Origin: Candidatus Buchananbacteria bacterium
Lineage (GTDB): Bacteria > Patescibacteriota > Patescibacteriia > 2-01-FULL-39-33
Direction: 5' to 3'
DNA: 63,038 nt
Assembly (NCBI GenBank): GCA_041666945.1
Contig: JBAYFY010000005.1
Location: 1-63,038, forward strand
Below the pieces are notes generated by a model. It was not told the origin of the DNA and did no database searches. It worked only from the letters and a program-made list of their open reading frames with translations. The translations under genes and the position numbers were made by a program. Every line of letters begins with the position of its first letter. Position 1 is the first letter of the stretch. Shown here one piece after another: positions 30,728 through 38,660 of the stretch.

Positions 30728-30886
30728 AATTCCTCGCTGCTTAGCCAGGCGATATCAAAAACCATTCTCATGGATCCGGCTAAGTCAGCTGACTCGATAA
30801 TAATGGCAAAGGGATTTTTTTCAAAAGCAGTTATAGCTATTTTATTACCATAAACCGAGATTTTTTTTGGCCTGTTTATTAGTCAT
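30709..30886 (-). pseudogene. remnant of a regulator C-terminal domain (TrmB-like ..ISVYGNKIAITAFEKNPFAIIIESADLAGSMRMVFDIAWLSSEE), frame broken at an A8 tract
   Basis: ATG at 30886 gives MTNKQAKK, then stops. Shifting one nt at the homopolymer 30861-30868 opens a 55-codon frame ending at 30709. The N-terminal HTH part is absent. Confidence 0.35.
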
Positions 30887-30892
30887 GGTTTT

Positions 30893-30916
30893 AATGTCCG
30901 GACATGTCTAGACAAT
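30893..30916. promoter_or_regulatory. 24-bp double-palindrome iteron, copy 1 (AATGTCCGGACATGTCTAGACAAT)
   Basis: Two abutting TGTCnnGACA palindromes. It recurs at 30969 and 31128. Confidence 0.7.
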
Positions 30917-30968
30917 GGAAAAATTATTTGTTTAATTTTAAACAAATATTTTTTATAAAAATAAAAGT

Positions 30969-30992
30969 AATGTCCGGACATGTCTAGACATT
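30969..30992. promoter_or_regulatory. 24-bp double-palindrome iteron, copy 2
   Basis: AATGTCCGGACATGTCTAGACATT. Confidence 0.7.
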
Positions 30993-31099
30993 ACTTTTTG
31001 TTTTCCGTTTTGTGTACCATTGATGTTTATAAAATTTTATAAAAATAACGTTTTTGTTTAAATTTAGATAAAAAACATATAAACGCCATTGTTTAAATC

Positions 31100-31128
31100 T
31101 GTGGATAACCTGTTGTTATGTGGGATAA
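31100..31128. promoter_or_regulatory. DnaA-box-like pair away from oriC
   Basis: TGTGGATAA at 31100-31108 and TGTGGGATAA at 31119-31128. Confidence 0.4.
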
Positions 31129-31151
31129 ATGTCTAGACATGTCTAGACATT
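31128..31151. promoter_or_regulatory. 24-bp double-palindrome iteron, copy 3
   Basis: AATGTCTAGACATGTCTAGACATT. Confidence 0.7.
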
Positions 31152-31407
31152 GCGGCCAAAGTTGATAATTATTTGGCTAAATTTAAACAAATTAGCTAAA
31201 TTTAGCTAATTTGTTTTGTTTAAAATTAAAAAAATTAACTGTTTAACGTGAAAAGAAAAACTGTTTTCGGAGTATTGAAATTAAATTTAAAATATGATAA
31301 AATCAATTATCAATGATGCCAAAATAGCAAATAAAAGAAAGTTGGAACATTAATAATTAGTAGTGTTATGTCCAGTCGGCGACCTTAATTAAAAAAGGAG
31401 ACAAAAG

Positions 31408-31935
31408 ATGAAAAAGGTTGTTTTTTTGATTTTAGCGGTCGTTTTTGTAACCGGTTTCCTATTAACCGGTTGCGCCACCGGCAATAATAATCAGGTTGAT
31501 GTTATTGGCCACCCTGTCTATTTTTATGTGGAATCCGCTAAATTAAGTAATGATTTACCTGATATTTATGAGATTATTGTTATCGGCTTAAGCCGATCAG
31601 ACGCCATAAAAAAGGCAGAAATTCATGAAAAAATAATGAAACGCCTTTCAATCGTGTCAAATAAACGTCAAGCCATAAATGAAGGAAACCCAAAAGAATT
31701 ATTAAAATGGGGGAAAGAGTTTAAACGTGAAAAGAAGGCGGTAGATCGCCTTTATAATGATTTTTTTGCCGTTAGTGGGCCGAGTAAGACAATCACTCTA
31801 TCCTCAAATGAAGCATTGTTTTTGAGTCCGGGCATGGTGTTAAGAGGGGATTTTATTAAGGAAGAGGTTATAGACAATGGCGGGATGATTAAAGTTACGA
31901 GAAATAACTTTTATCGCTGGACTATTGTTTATTAG
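31408..31935 (+). CDS. lipoprotein, hypothetical
   Basis: 175 aa with a signal peptide and the lipobox LLTGC. Confidence 0.65.
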   Translation: MKKVVFLILAVVFVTGFLLTGCATGNNNQVDVIGHPVYFYVESAKLSNDLPDIYEIIVIGLSRSDAIKKAEIHEKIMKRLSIVSNKRQAINEGNPKELLKWGKEFKREKKAVDRLYNDFFAVSGPSKTITLSSNEALFLSPGMVLRGDFIKEEVIDNGGMIKVTRNNFYRWTIVY

Positions 31936-31954
31936 ATATATTGCACTTTTAATC

Positions 31955-31980
31955 AACCCGGATAATGTCCGGGTTTTTTG
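31955..31980 (+). terminator. intrinsic terminator
   Basis: acccgga/tccgggt stem followed by a T-run. Confidence 0.65.
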
Positions 31981-32000
31981 TTTATTGGAAGTCCTTCAAA

Positions 32001-32020
32001 CCTGCCTGCCGACAGGCAGG
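32001..32020. repeat. GC-rich 20-bp palindrome CCTGCCTGCCGACAGGCAGG
   Basis: Perfect arms. The same palindrome occurs at 41909, 45652 and 50446. Confidence 0.8.
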
Positions 32021-32134
32021 TTTGAATATCCAATGCAGCTGCCCCAATACCCCAACCGTTTGGCGACGGGGTCAACTTCATAATAAAATCCCCCGAATAC
32101 CATGTTTCGGGGGATGTGTGATTCCAGCGACTAT

Positions 32135-32449
32135 TTAGGCCCAGTAGTTATCAACACCCCAGTAGTCATCATCTGGGTCGTATTTGGCTAATGTCTCGCC
32201 ATATTTTTTTTCTAACTCTTTCTGTTTTTGTCTTAAACCCCCTGTCCAGTTCAAAAGTCCTCGCGGATGGATGTCCAGCTTGACAAAAAATACTTTCTTT
32301 TTGCCCTTGAACTGTATTTTGGTTTCCGTAACCCGAGCGCGTCCGCCGGTACATTCCGGACCAGGCCCAACATATATAATTTGACCTATTGCCGGGCATC
32401 GCGGCGGTTTCGGTAAAAGAGCCGTTTTTTTCCTATTGGCCATAATCAT
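32135..32449 (-). CDS. hypothetical protein
   Basis: 104-aa ORF with SD-like aggagaa upstream. Confidence 0.45.
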   Translation of the reverse strand: MIMANRKKTALLPKPPRCPAIGQIIYVGPGPECTGGRARVTETKIQFKGKKKVFFVKLDIHPRGLLNWTGGLRQKQKELEKKYGETLAKYDPDDDYWGVDNYWA

Positions 32450-32648
32450 TCTCCTTGCCTGCTATAGGCGGTTGATTCTAAAGATCTGCGTTCGTGATTG
32501 GCTAACACATGATTATATCATACTGATAAATCTATGTCAATAAAAGTCAGGTCTCTAAGAGAAAATATAAAGTTGCCGCGATAAAAGGAAAAGCATCGAA
32601 ATGATTTTTAATGGAATGATCTTTAATAAAATTTTAAAACTAAATAAA

Positions 32649-32666
32649 TTGGCTAAATTTAGCCAA
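32649..32666. promoter_or_regulatory. perfect 18-bp palindrome TTGGCTAAATTTAGCCAA (candidate operator)
   Basis: Half-site TTGGCTAAATTTA recurs at 1073, 19295, 31173 and 33431. Related palindromes lie at 31193 and 54875. Confidence 0.5.
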
Positions 32667-32809
32667 TTTATTATATTAAGATTAAACTATTGCTGTTATT
32701 AATAACCAGCTATTGATTTTCCTGATGGTATAGATCAATTAAGCAAATAATGTTTATTAATTTCAAACATACTCAATTCGTGAGAATTGCAATAAACTCA
32801 TGGAGTTTT

Positions 32810-33208
32810 TCAGTTGTTTTTCCGATTCTCCCGCTCCATTTCACCCCAGGGATGCGGTATTTCTTTAGCTTTTATCAACTCTCTCCAGTGAACTCTGCCG
32901 TCTTCAAAATAACGTTCTATTTTCTCTCTGCCTCCGCCGCGATTTTCAGAATGAACATTAAGCTCGCCGATGCCTTCAAAAATCTCGGGATGAGTTTCAG
33001 TAATCCACTTTGCTATTTCCCAACCCTCCATCTTTCCTTCCCCTAAATCATTATCAAAATCCAAAGATTCTATTTTTTCACCGCGAACAAGGGCCTCTTC
33101 AAACACTTGTTTAAACTCTTTAAAATCCCGCACGCCAATGAAGCCATCAGGAACTTGACGATTAGGCATTCCTGGTTCATTCATTTGGTCGTCTAAAAAG
33201 ATTTTCAT
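32810..33208 (-). CDS. receiver-like (cREC-type) domain protein, phage-associated family
   Basis: MKIFLDDQ....SLDFDNDLGEGKMEGWEIAKWI....NVHSEN pattern. The start was set at MKIFLDD because the longer track ORF runs into tRNA-Ala. Confidence 0.5.
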   Translation of the reverse strand: MKIFLDDQMNEPGMPNRQVPDGFIGVRDFKEFKQVFEEALVRGEKIESLDFDNDLGEGKMEGWEIAKWITETHPEIFEGIGELNVHSENRGGGREKIERYFEDGRVHWRELIKAKEIPHPWGEMERENRKNN

Positions 33209-33238
33209 ACTTTTCAGTTCTAATGAAGACATTCTTAG

Positions 33239-33309
33239 TGGACCTACAGGGAGTCGAACCCTGACCTCGTCCATGCCATGGACGCATTCTACCGCTGAAC
33301 TATAGGCCC
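33239..33309 (-). tRNA. tRNA-Ala (GGC)
   Basis: Revcomp folds as GGGCCTA..TAGGTCC with the G3-U70 identity pair, anticodon loop ATGGCAT and T-arm caggg-ttcgact-ccctg. Confidence 0.85.
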
Positions 33310-33385
33310 TTAATTATTGATGATAAGCACTAAAAACTATAATTAACGATGTAATATATTATAAAGCATTTTTGATAAAGTTTCA

Positions 33386-33413
33386 AGTGGGGAAAAGATT
33401 GAAGGGTGGATAG
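33386..33413 (-). repeat. diverged, inverted copy of the cassette-boundary repeat (R7)
   Basis: agtggggaaaagattgaagggtggata resembles the revcomp of the R consensus (..GGAAAAATTGATTGGGTGGAAT). Confidence 0.35.
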
Positions 33414-33445
33414 GAAAAAATAAGATAATTTTGGCTAAATTTAAA

Positions 33446-33475
33446 TAAAAACTCCGAATAATTTCGGAGTTTTAT
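33446..33475. terminator. bidirectional intrinsic terminator
   Basis: actccga/tcggagt stem, the same stem family as 7185-7204. Confidence 0.6.
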
Positions 33476-33501
33476 TAAAGTACTGAATAATGCGTTTAGG
33501 A

Positions 33502-34215
33502 TTAAACAGCAGTTTTAGCCGCTTTTATTTGATCCCAGGAAGTCATAATTTCGTCGGCAAAACCCCAATCAACGGTTTCTTTGGCCGTAAGGAACACATC
33601 GGCTTTTTTCTCCATTTCTTTTTCAAGAAAAGCGCGAATCGCGGCCTTAGTCCAAACTTTTTTATCTCGGAATTTTTTGCCGTGTGTCGCATTTTCCGTG
33701 TAAACATCAAGCATGAACTTGTCAAAAAATTCCTGGCAAAATTTGATATTACTGTAAGCCGTTCTCATTTCCGCTTCTATGCCGATAGATCCGCCATGAA
33801 ACATGAAGTGAGAATGGGGCAGCATGAAACGCACATCGGCGGCCTGCAGGATGACGGAAGACATGCTGCGCGCATGCGTATGATTAATCATAATCACCCT
33901 GAAAGGCATTGATTTGATCATATCATATATGGCTATGCCTTCTTCAACCATACCACCATTGGTATGCAAGTGAATGATCACGGGCTCTCTCTCGGAAGTC
34001 CAACGAAGCAGTTCCAAATTCTTTTCTAATCTGGTCGACATCATATATTCTACGCCCGGTTCAACTCCGGCTACGGACGGATCTATTAAATCCAAGGGCG
34101 TACCATGGATCCAAATTTGCCGTGAAGGAACATGAATGCAGTGATTATGCAGCCCCTCTAAAGCATAAGAATCTTCCGCGGTAAAATTACAAGCGATCGT
34201 TTTTTTTCTGGACAT
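33502..34215 (-). CDS. ClpP-family serine peptidase (phage/accessory type)
   Basis: 237 aa with ..IIHLHTNGGMVEEGIAIYDMI..HARSMSSVILQA..MFHGGS.. (S14 Ser/His context). Confidence 0.75.
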   Translation of the reverse strand: MSRKKTIACNFTAEDSYALEGLHNHCIHVPSRQIWIHGTPLDLIDPSVAGVEPGVEYMMSTRLEKNLELLRWTSEREPVIIHLHTNGGMVEEGIAIYDMIKSMPFRVIMINHTHARSMSSVILQAADVRFMLPHSHFMFHGGSIGIEAEMRTAYSNIKFCQEFFDKFMLDVYTENATHGKKFRDKKVWTKAAIRAFLEKEMEKKADVFLTAKETVDWGFADEIMTSWDQIKAAKTAV

Positions 34216-34312
34216 AATCCCTCCCTCCCTTGTAGAGTTGTGACTGTTTAAATCAAATTATTTTAAAAGTTCTATAAGAAGCTTAATGGTTTAATATTTT
34301 TCTGTCAATATT

Positions 34313-35752
34313 TTAGAGTATTTCGTTATCATGGCTGCCCGATTCCACGCGGCTGGCTTCAGTGATGCGGATGAACTGGCAATCGCGCAAATCATCAATT
34401 TTTTTGGCATTACCATAACTCATGCCGGAACGCAAGCCGCCGACATATTGGTCAATAATATTGGTTACGGAACCGCGATAAGGGACACGCGCTTCAATGC
34501 CTTCGGGCGTAATTTGCTGGATTGATTCCTTGGCATTGGGCCGGGATAAGGCGGCGGTCAGCGAGGCCATGCCGCGAGAGATTTTGTATTGCCGGCCCTG
34601 GTAGGTGATAACCGGTCCGGGCGCTTCCGCGGTGCCGGCGAACTGCCCGCCGATCATTACCGTGTCGGCGCCGGCGGCCAGGGCCTTGACCACGTCAGCC
34701 GGTTGTTTGACGCCGCCATCGGCAATAAGCGGCACCTGGTGGCGCTGGCAAACCGAAGCGATATTGAATATGGCAGAGAGTTGGGGCACGCCGAAACCGG
34801 TGGTGATGCGGGTGGTGCAAATGGAACCGGGGCCGATGCCCACCTTAACCGCGTCCACGCCGGCATTAATCAAGTCCAGCGCGCCTTGCGCCGTGGCAAT
34901 GTTGCCGCCGATAAGTTCAACGCGCGGAAATTTTTCTTTTATTTTGCAAATCGCGTTAAGCTCGTTGAGCGAATGGCCGTGCGCGATATCAATCACAATC
35001 ACATCGGCCTCGGCTTCTATTAGCGCCTGGGCGCGTTCCATGAAATCATCGCCGGCGCCTACGGCCGCGCCCACCAATAAACGGCCTTTGGCATCCTTGG
35101 CCGTTTCCTGATTGCCGTAAATCAATATATCTTTTTGCGTTATCAACCCTTTGACTTTAAAATCAGCATCCACTAACGGCAGTTTTTCCACCTTATTTAA
35201 ACGGAAAACCTGGCGCGCCTGTTCCGGCGTGATGCCGGGACTGGCTACGATCAGCTTGGTCTTCGGCGTCATAATGGCTTCAATCAGCACACTGTCGTCG
35301 GCGATGAAATCCGTGTCGCGCCGGCTGACAATGCCGACCAAATTATTTTCCTTGTCCGTCACCAAGAATCCGTTGCACCCCGATTCGGCGATTTTGTTTT
35401 TTAGTTCGCCCAAGGTAGCCCAAGGGGAAATGGTAAAGGGATGGTCAATAATTACATGCTGTTTGCGTTTGACCTTGGTTACCTCCTTGACTTGGGTTTC
35501 CAAATCCAAAAAACGATGGATCACGCCGATGCCGCCTTTAAGCGCCATGGCTATGGCCATTTGGCTTTCCGTAACCGTGTCCATATTAGCCGAAACCAGC
35601 GGAATCTTGAGTGAGATGTTCCGTGTCAGCCGGGTGGAGGTGTCCACGTCGCGGCGGGAAACGATGTCCGACTTCTTGGGCAGAAGCAGGACGTCATCAT
35701 AGGTCAGGGCTAAGGGGATGTTTAGCATAGTTTTAGCTGGATGGGTTAACAT
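34313..35752 (-). CDS. guaB: IMP dehydrogenase
   Basis: 479 aa with [11 protein letters not shown], a CBS pair, [11 protein letters not shown] (catalytic Cys loop) and GGQFAGT. Confidence 0.95.
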   Translation of the reverse strand: MLTHPAKTMLNIPLALTYDDVLLLPKKSDIVSRRDVDTSTRLTRNISLKIPLVSANMDTVTESQMAIAMALKGGIGVIHRFLDLETQVKEVTKVKRKQHVIIDHPFTISPWATLGELKNKIAESGCNGFLVTDKENNLVGIVSRRDTDFIADDSVLIEAIMTPKTKLIVASPGITPEQARQVFRLNKVEKLPLVDADFKVKGLITQKDILIYGNQETAKDAKGRLLVGAAVGAGDDFMERAQALIEAEADVIVIDIAHGHSLNELNAICKIKEKFPRVELIGGNIATAQGALDLINAGVDAVKVGIGPGSICTTRITTGFGVPQLSAIFNIASVCQRHQVPLIADGGVKQPADVVKALAAGADTVMIGGQFAGTAEAPGPVITYQGRQYKISRGMASLTAALSRPNAKESIQQITPEGIEARVPYRGSVTNIIDQYVGGLRSGMSYGNAKKIDDLRDCQFIRITEASRVESGSHDNEIL

Positions 35753-35906
35753 TAAACCTCATAAATTCTACACAAAAATATAGTTTATCGCAAATATTGA
35801 CAAGGGCGTGAATAATCTATAAGATTAAGCCAAGCGAAAATGGAGGTGAGCTTATCTCTGTTCTTTAAAATAAACCATAAATAACAACTAGGAGGGTGAG
35901 AGAACC

Positions 35907-37058
35907 ATGGCCTACAAAAAGTGCAGTAAGCATCCGGGATACAAGGGTATACGACGGCCGACTAGAGGATGTCAGGAGTGTATGGATTATTATAATTTAT
36001 TAAATCCTGATCCTGCCATGAGCGTTGATTTGGATTTACAGAACGAAAAAAGTCGTGTTGCCGTTAGCAAGTCCAATGCTAAATATCGTGAAGCGATCAA
36101 GCGTTTAAAGGAGCTCGAAGCTCAATTAAGTATAATCAATGCCATTAATTCTGATCATTGCGAGGCAATTGCCATTAAAGCCAAGGGACCATTCAAGAAG
36201 ACGCATCATTCGCAGGCGGTTGCAGTAATCAACTGCAGCGATTGGCATGTTGGCGAATTAGTTGATCCAAAAACCGTTAACGGAAAAAACAGCTTCAATG
36301 TTGATATTTGTCGCAAGCGTGTTAATTATTTGAGTCAAAATGGATTACGATTAGTTGATATGTTCGCGCAAGATGTGACCATTGATACCATTATGTTGGC
36401 GTGCTTGGGGGACTTTGTCACCAATTACTTGCATCCTGATAATAATGAAACGAATACTTTAGCTCCGGCGCCAGAAGTTGTTGAGGCCTATCGGTTGCTC
36501 AAAAAGTTGATTGTTTTCTTGCTTGACAATAGCAAGTATAAGATAGTTATTCCATGCTGCTTTGGCAATCATGCACGTATGACTGATAAGAAGCGCAACG
36601 CCAATATGGTTGGTACTTCTTCCGAATACATAATTTATCACCTCTTGGCTGATTATTTCGAAAATGAACCTCGGGTTCAATTCGACATCGCAGAAGGTAT
36701 GCACCTCTATGCTAGTGTTTTTGGTATGAAGTTACGACTGCATCATGGTGATGGCATTAATTTTTATGGCGGTGTTGGCGGTTTAGAAATCCCGTTGCGT
36801 AAATCACTGGCGCAGTGGGATAAGGTCGAACGAGTTGATTTTGACTTCTTGGGCCATTGGCATCAGACAAAAGTTGACTGGAACAAGTATGCTGTCAATG
36901 GGTCACTTATTGGTTGGAATGCTTTTGCTTTAAAAATAAAAGCAGATTATGAACCGCCTCGTCAGACCCTTCTTTTACTAGATCGCGATCGTGGGTTAAC
37001 CGTTGTTTGCCCGATTATTCTTAGCGAAGTTCAACGTCAGATTTATTCATTAAGTTAA
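35907..37058 (+). CDS. calcineurin-like metallophosphoesterase with N-terminal Cys-rich segment
   Basis: Ordered motifs CSDWH (DxH), LGDF (GD), FGNHAR (GNH), LHHGD, LGHWH (GHxH). Confidence 0.75.
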   Translation: MAYKKCSKHPGYKGIRRPTRGCQECMDYYNLLNPDPAMSVDLDLQNEKSRVAVSKSNAKYREAIKRLKELEAQLSIINAINSDHCEAIAIKAKGPFKKTHHSQAVAVINCSDWHVGELVDPKTVNGKNSFNVDICRKRVNYLSQNGLRLVDMFAQDVTIDTIMLACLGDFVTNYLHPDNNETNTLAPAPEVVEAYRLLKKLIVFLLDNSKYKIVIPCCFGNHARMTDKKRNANMVGTSSEYIIYHLLADYFENEPRVQFDIAEGMHLYASVFGMKLRLHHGDGINFYGGVGGLEIPLRKSLAQWDKVERVDFDFLGHWHQTKVDWNKYAVNGSLIGWNAFALKIKADYEPPRQTLLLLDRDRGLTVVCPIILSEVQRQIYSLS

Positions 37059-37073
37059 ATCAGTTCTTTCAAT

Positions 37074-37105
37074 CCCGCCCCGACTTGCGTCAGGGCGGTT
37101 TTTTT
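37074..37105 (+). terminator. intrinsic terminator
   Basis: ccgccc/gggcgg stem followed by TTTTTTT. Confidence 0.7.
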
Positions 37106-37190
37106 GACTTTTAATGTTGTTTTGGCTAATATACGGCTAATAGGACTTTTACAATATAAAATAGCTTTACCAGGGAAAGGAGAATTAACC

Positions 37191-37868
37191 ATGGTAATAT
37201 TCATCTGTGGCGCTAAAAGCGGGGACTTGGAGAGTGATCAGAGGAAATTTGACCTGATTGAGGTCTGGCTGAAAGAACAGGGCTTGGACGTCGTGAATCC
37301 GATAACCTTTTTGAATGACCAAGAAGTGCAATTGCGCTTGGCGGATAAAGATACGGATCTTGATAGGGAATTAATTAATAGATATGGTGACGAGTCCAGA
37401 CGTTCATTTATTCAGGAGTTTTCACTCGTGGCTCGCCTTGTTTCTAAATGCGACGCGATTTTTTTGGAATATGATTGGCAGGATGATCCCATGTCCGTTG
37501 TGGAATATATGTTCAGCCAATATTTCGGTTTGCCGTCTTTGATGAAAATCAACGGGCAGTTGGGGCAGGTGGAAGTCAATTCCATAAGTTTGACCAAGAC
37601 ACTTCCTTCATTTTTGCCCGATTCCGCCATAACGGTTTTAACCAATGGCCCGGTTCAGAATCAAGGGTATGAAGAAGAGACGAACTTTTGTCCCGATGGA
37701 CAGGATATTGATGCCGACACTGATTTAGTTAATAATGTGGAAGATCTATTGGCCTCGCCGGAACAAAAGAAGACGGGGGACTGGCTGGAAATTCAAATGA
37801 ACCCCGGCGGCATTAGAAGAAGGATTGAAGATAAAGACAGCGCGAAAAAAAGACAGAGAGGCAAGTAA
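37191..37868 (+). CDS. DUF4406/nucleoside-deoxyribosyltransferase-like protein with acidic C-terminal extension
   Basis: MVIFICGAKSGD....LKEQGLDVVNP pattern. SD GGAAAGGAG lies upstream. The start was set at the ATG at 37191 rather than the TTG at 37104. Confidence 0.5.
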   Translation: MVIFICGAKSGDLESDQRKFDLIEVWLKEQGLDVVNPITFLNDQEVQLRLADKDTDLDRELINRYGDESRRSFIQEFSLVARLVSKCDAIFLEYDWQDDPMSVVEYMFSQYFGLPSLMKINGQLGQVEVNSISLTKTLPSFLPDSAITVLTNGPVQNQGYEEETNFCPDGQDIDADTDLVNNVEDLLASPEQKKTGDWLEIQMNPGGIRRRIEDKDSAKKRQRGK

Positions 37869-38524
37869 TGGAAAAGAACAAACTAACCAACATCTTGATT
37901 ATTTTTTTAAAAACCGTTTTCAGTTTCAGTTTGGGCGTCGGTCGTTTTTTAAAAAGTAATCTGCCTAACATCATAACTTCTTTTCGTTTGCTTTTGACGC
38001 CTTTGGCTATGGTTTTACTGATGTCTATTTCGGCCGCATCCTTGGCCTGGTGCTTATTGGTAGTGGCGATTATAGAAATAACCGATTTATTGGACGGTTG
38101 GCTGGCTCGCCGCCTTAACCGGGTATCCAATTTCGGCAAGTTATTTGATCCTTTTTGCGACATGACTTTTCATTTGCTGATGTTTCTTTGCCTGACTGTT
38201 TTAGGCGTCCTGTCAATATGGATTATGACGATATTTTTGCTGCGCGAGATGACAGTGTGGTTTTTGCGCTTTCATTGCGCCGCTCGCGGAATAATTTTGG
38301 GCGCTCGGCCTTGGGGCAAACGCAAAGCCAACTCCCAGACCGCGATGCTGATTGCCATAATCGCCGCTTTGGGCGCTCATCTTTGGGGCGTGCCCTTGGC
38401 GGTTGACGCCGGCCTTATGGCCCTGTCCGTTCTCCTGACTTTAGTGGCCGTAGTGGTAACTATTATTTCTCTTGGCGACTATCTTTACCATATAATCAAA
38501 GAAATTCGCCATATCGCACGTTAA
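37868..38524 (+). CDS. CDP-alcohol phosphatidyltransferase (PgsA-like)
   Basis: DLLDGWLARRLNRVSNFGKLFDPFCD matches DG-x2-AR-x8-G-x3-D-x3-D. TAATG overlap with the upstream gene. Confidence 0.85.
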   Translation: MEKNKLTNILIIFLKTVFSFSLGVGRFLKSNLPNIITSFRLLLTPLAMVLLMSISAASLAWCLLVVAIIEITDLLDGWLARRLNRVSNFGKLFDPFCDMTFHLLMFLCLTVLGVLSIWIMTIFLLREMTVWFLRFHCAARGIILGARPWGKRKANSQTAMLIAIIAALGAHLWGVPLAVDAGLMALSVLLTLVAVVVTIISLGDYLYHIIKEIRHIAR

Positions 38525-38568
38525 CCGGTCATTAAGACCGGTTTATTTTTGCTTATTTTTGTTTCATC

Positions 38569-38597
38569 TTGACTTTTCTCGTTCTATATGCTAAATT
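38569..38597 (+). promoter_or_regulatory. promoter for rpsP
   Basis: TTGACT (38569-38574), N17, TAAATT (38592-38597). Confidence 0.5.
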
Positions 38598-38660
38598 ATT
38601 GATTAGTCAGAGTGCTCGTCATAGGGCAAAAAGCCCGTTTTTTAATCATTACGCATTATT

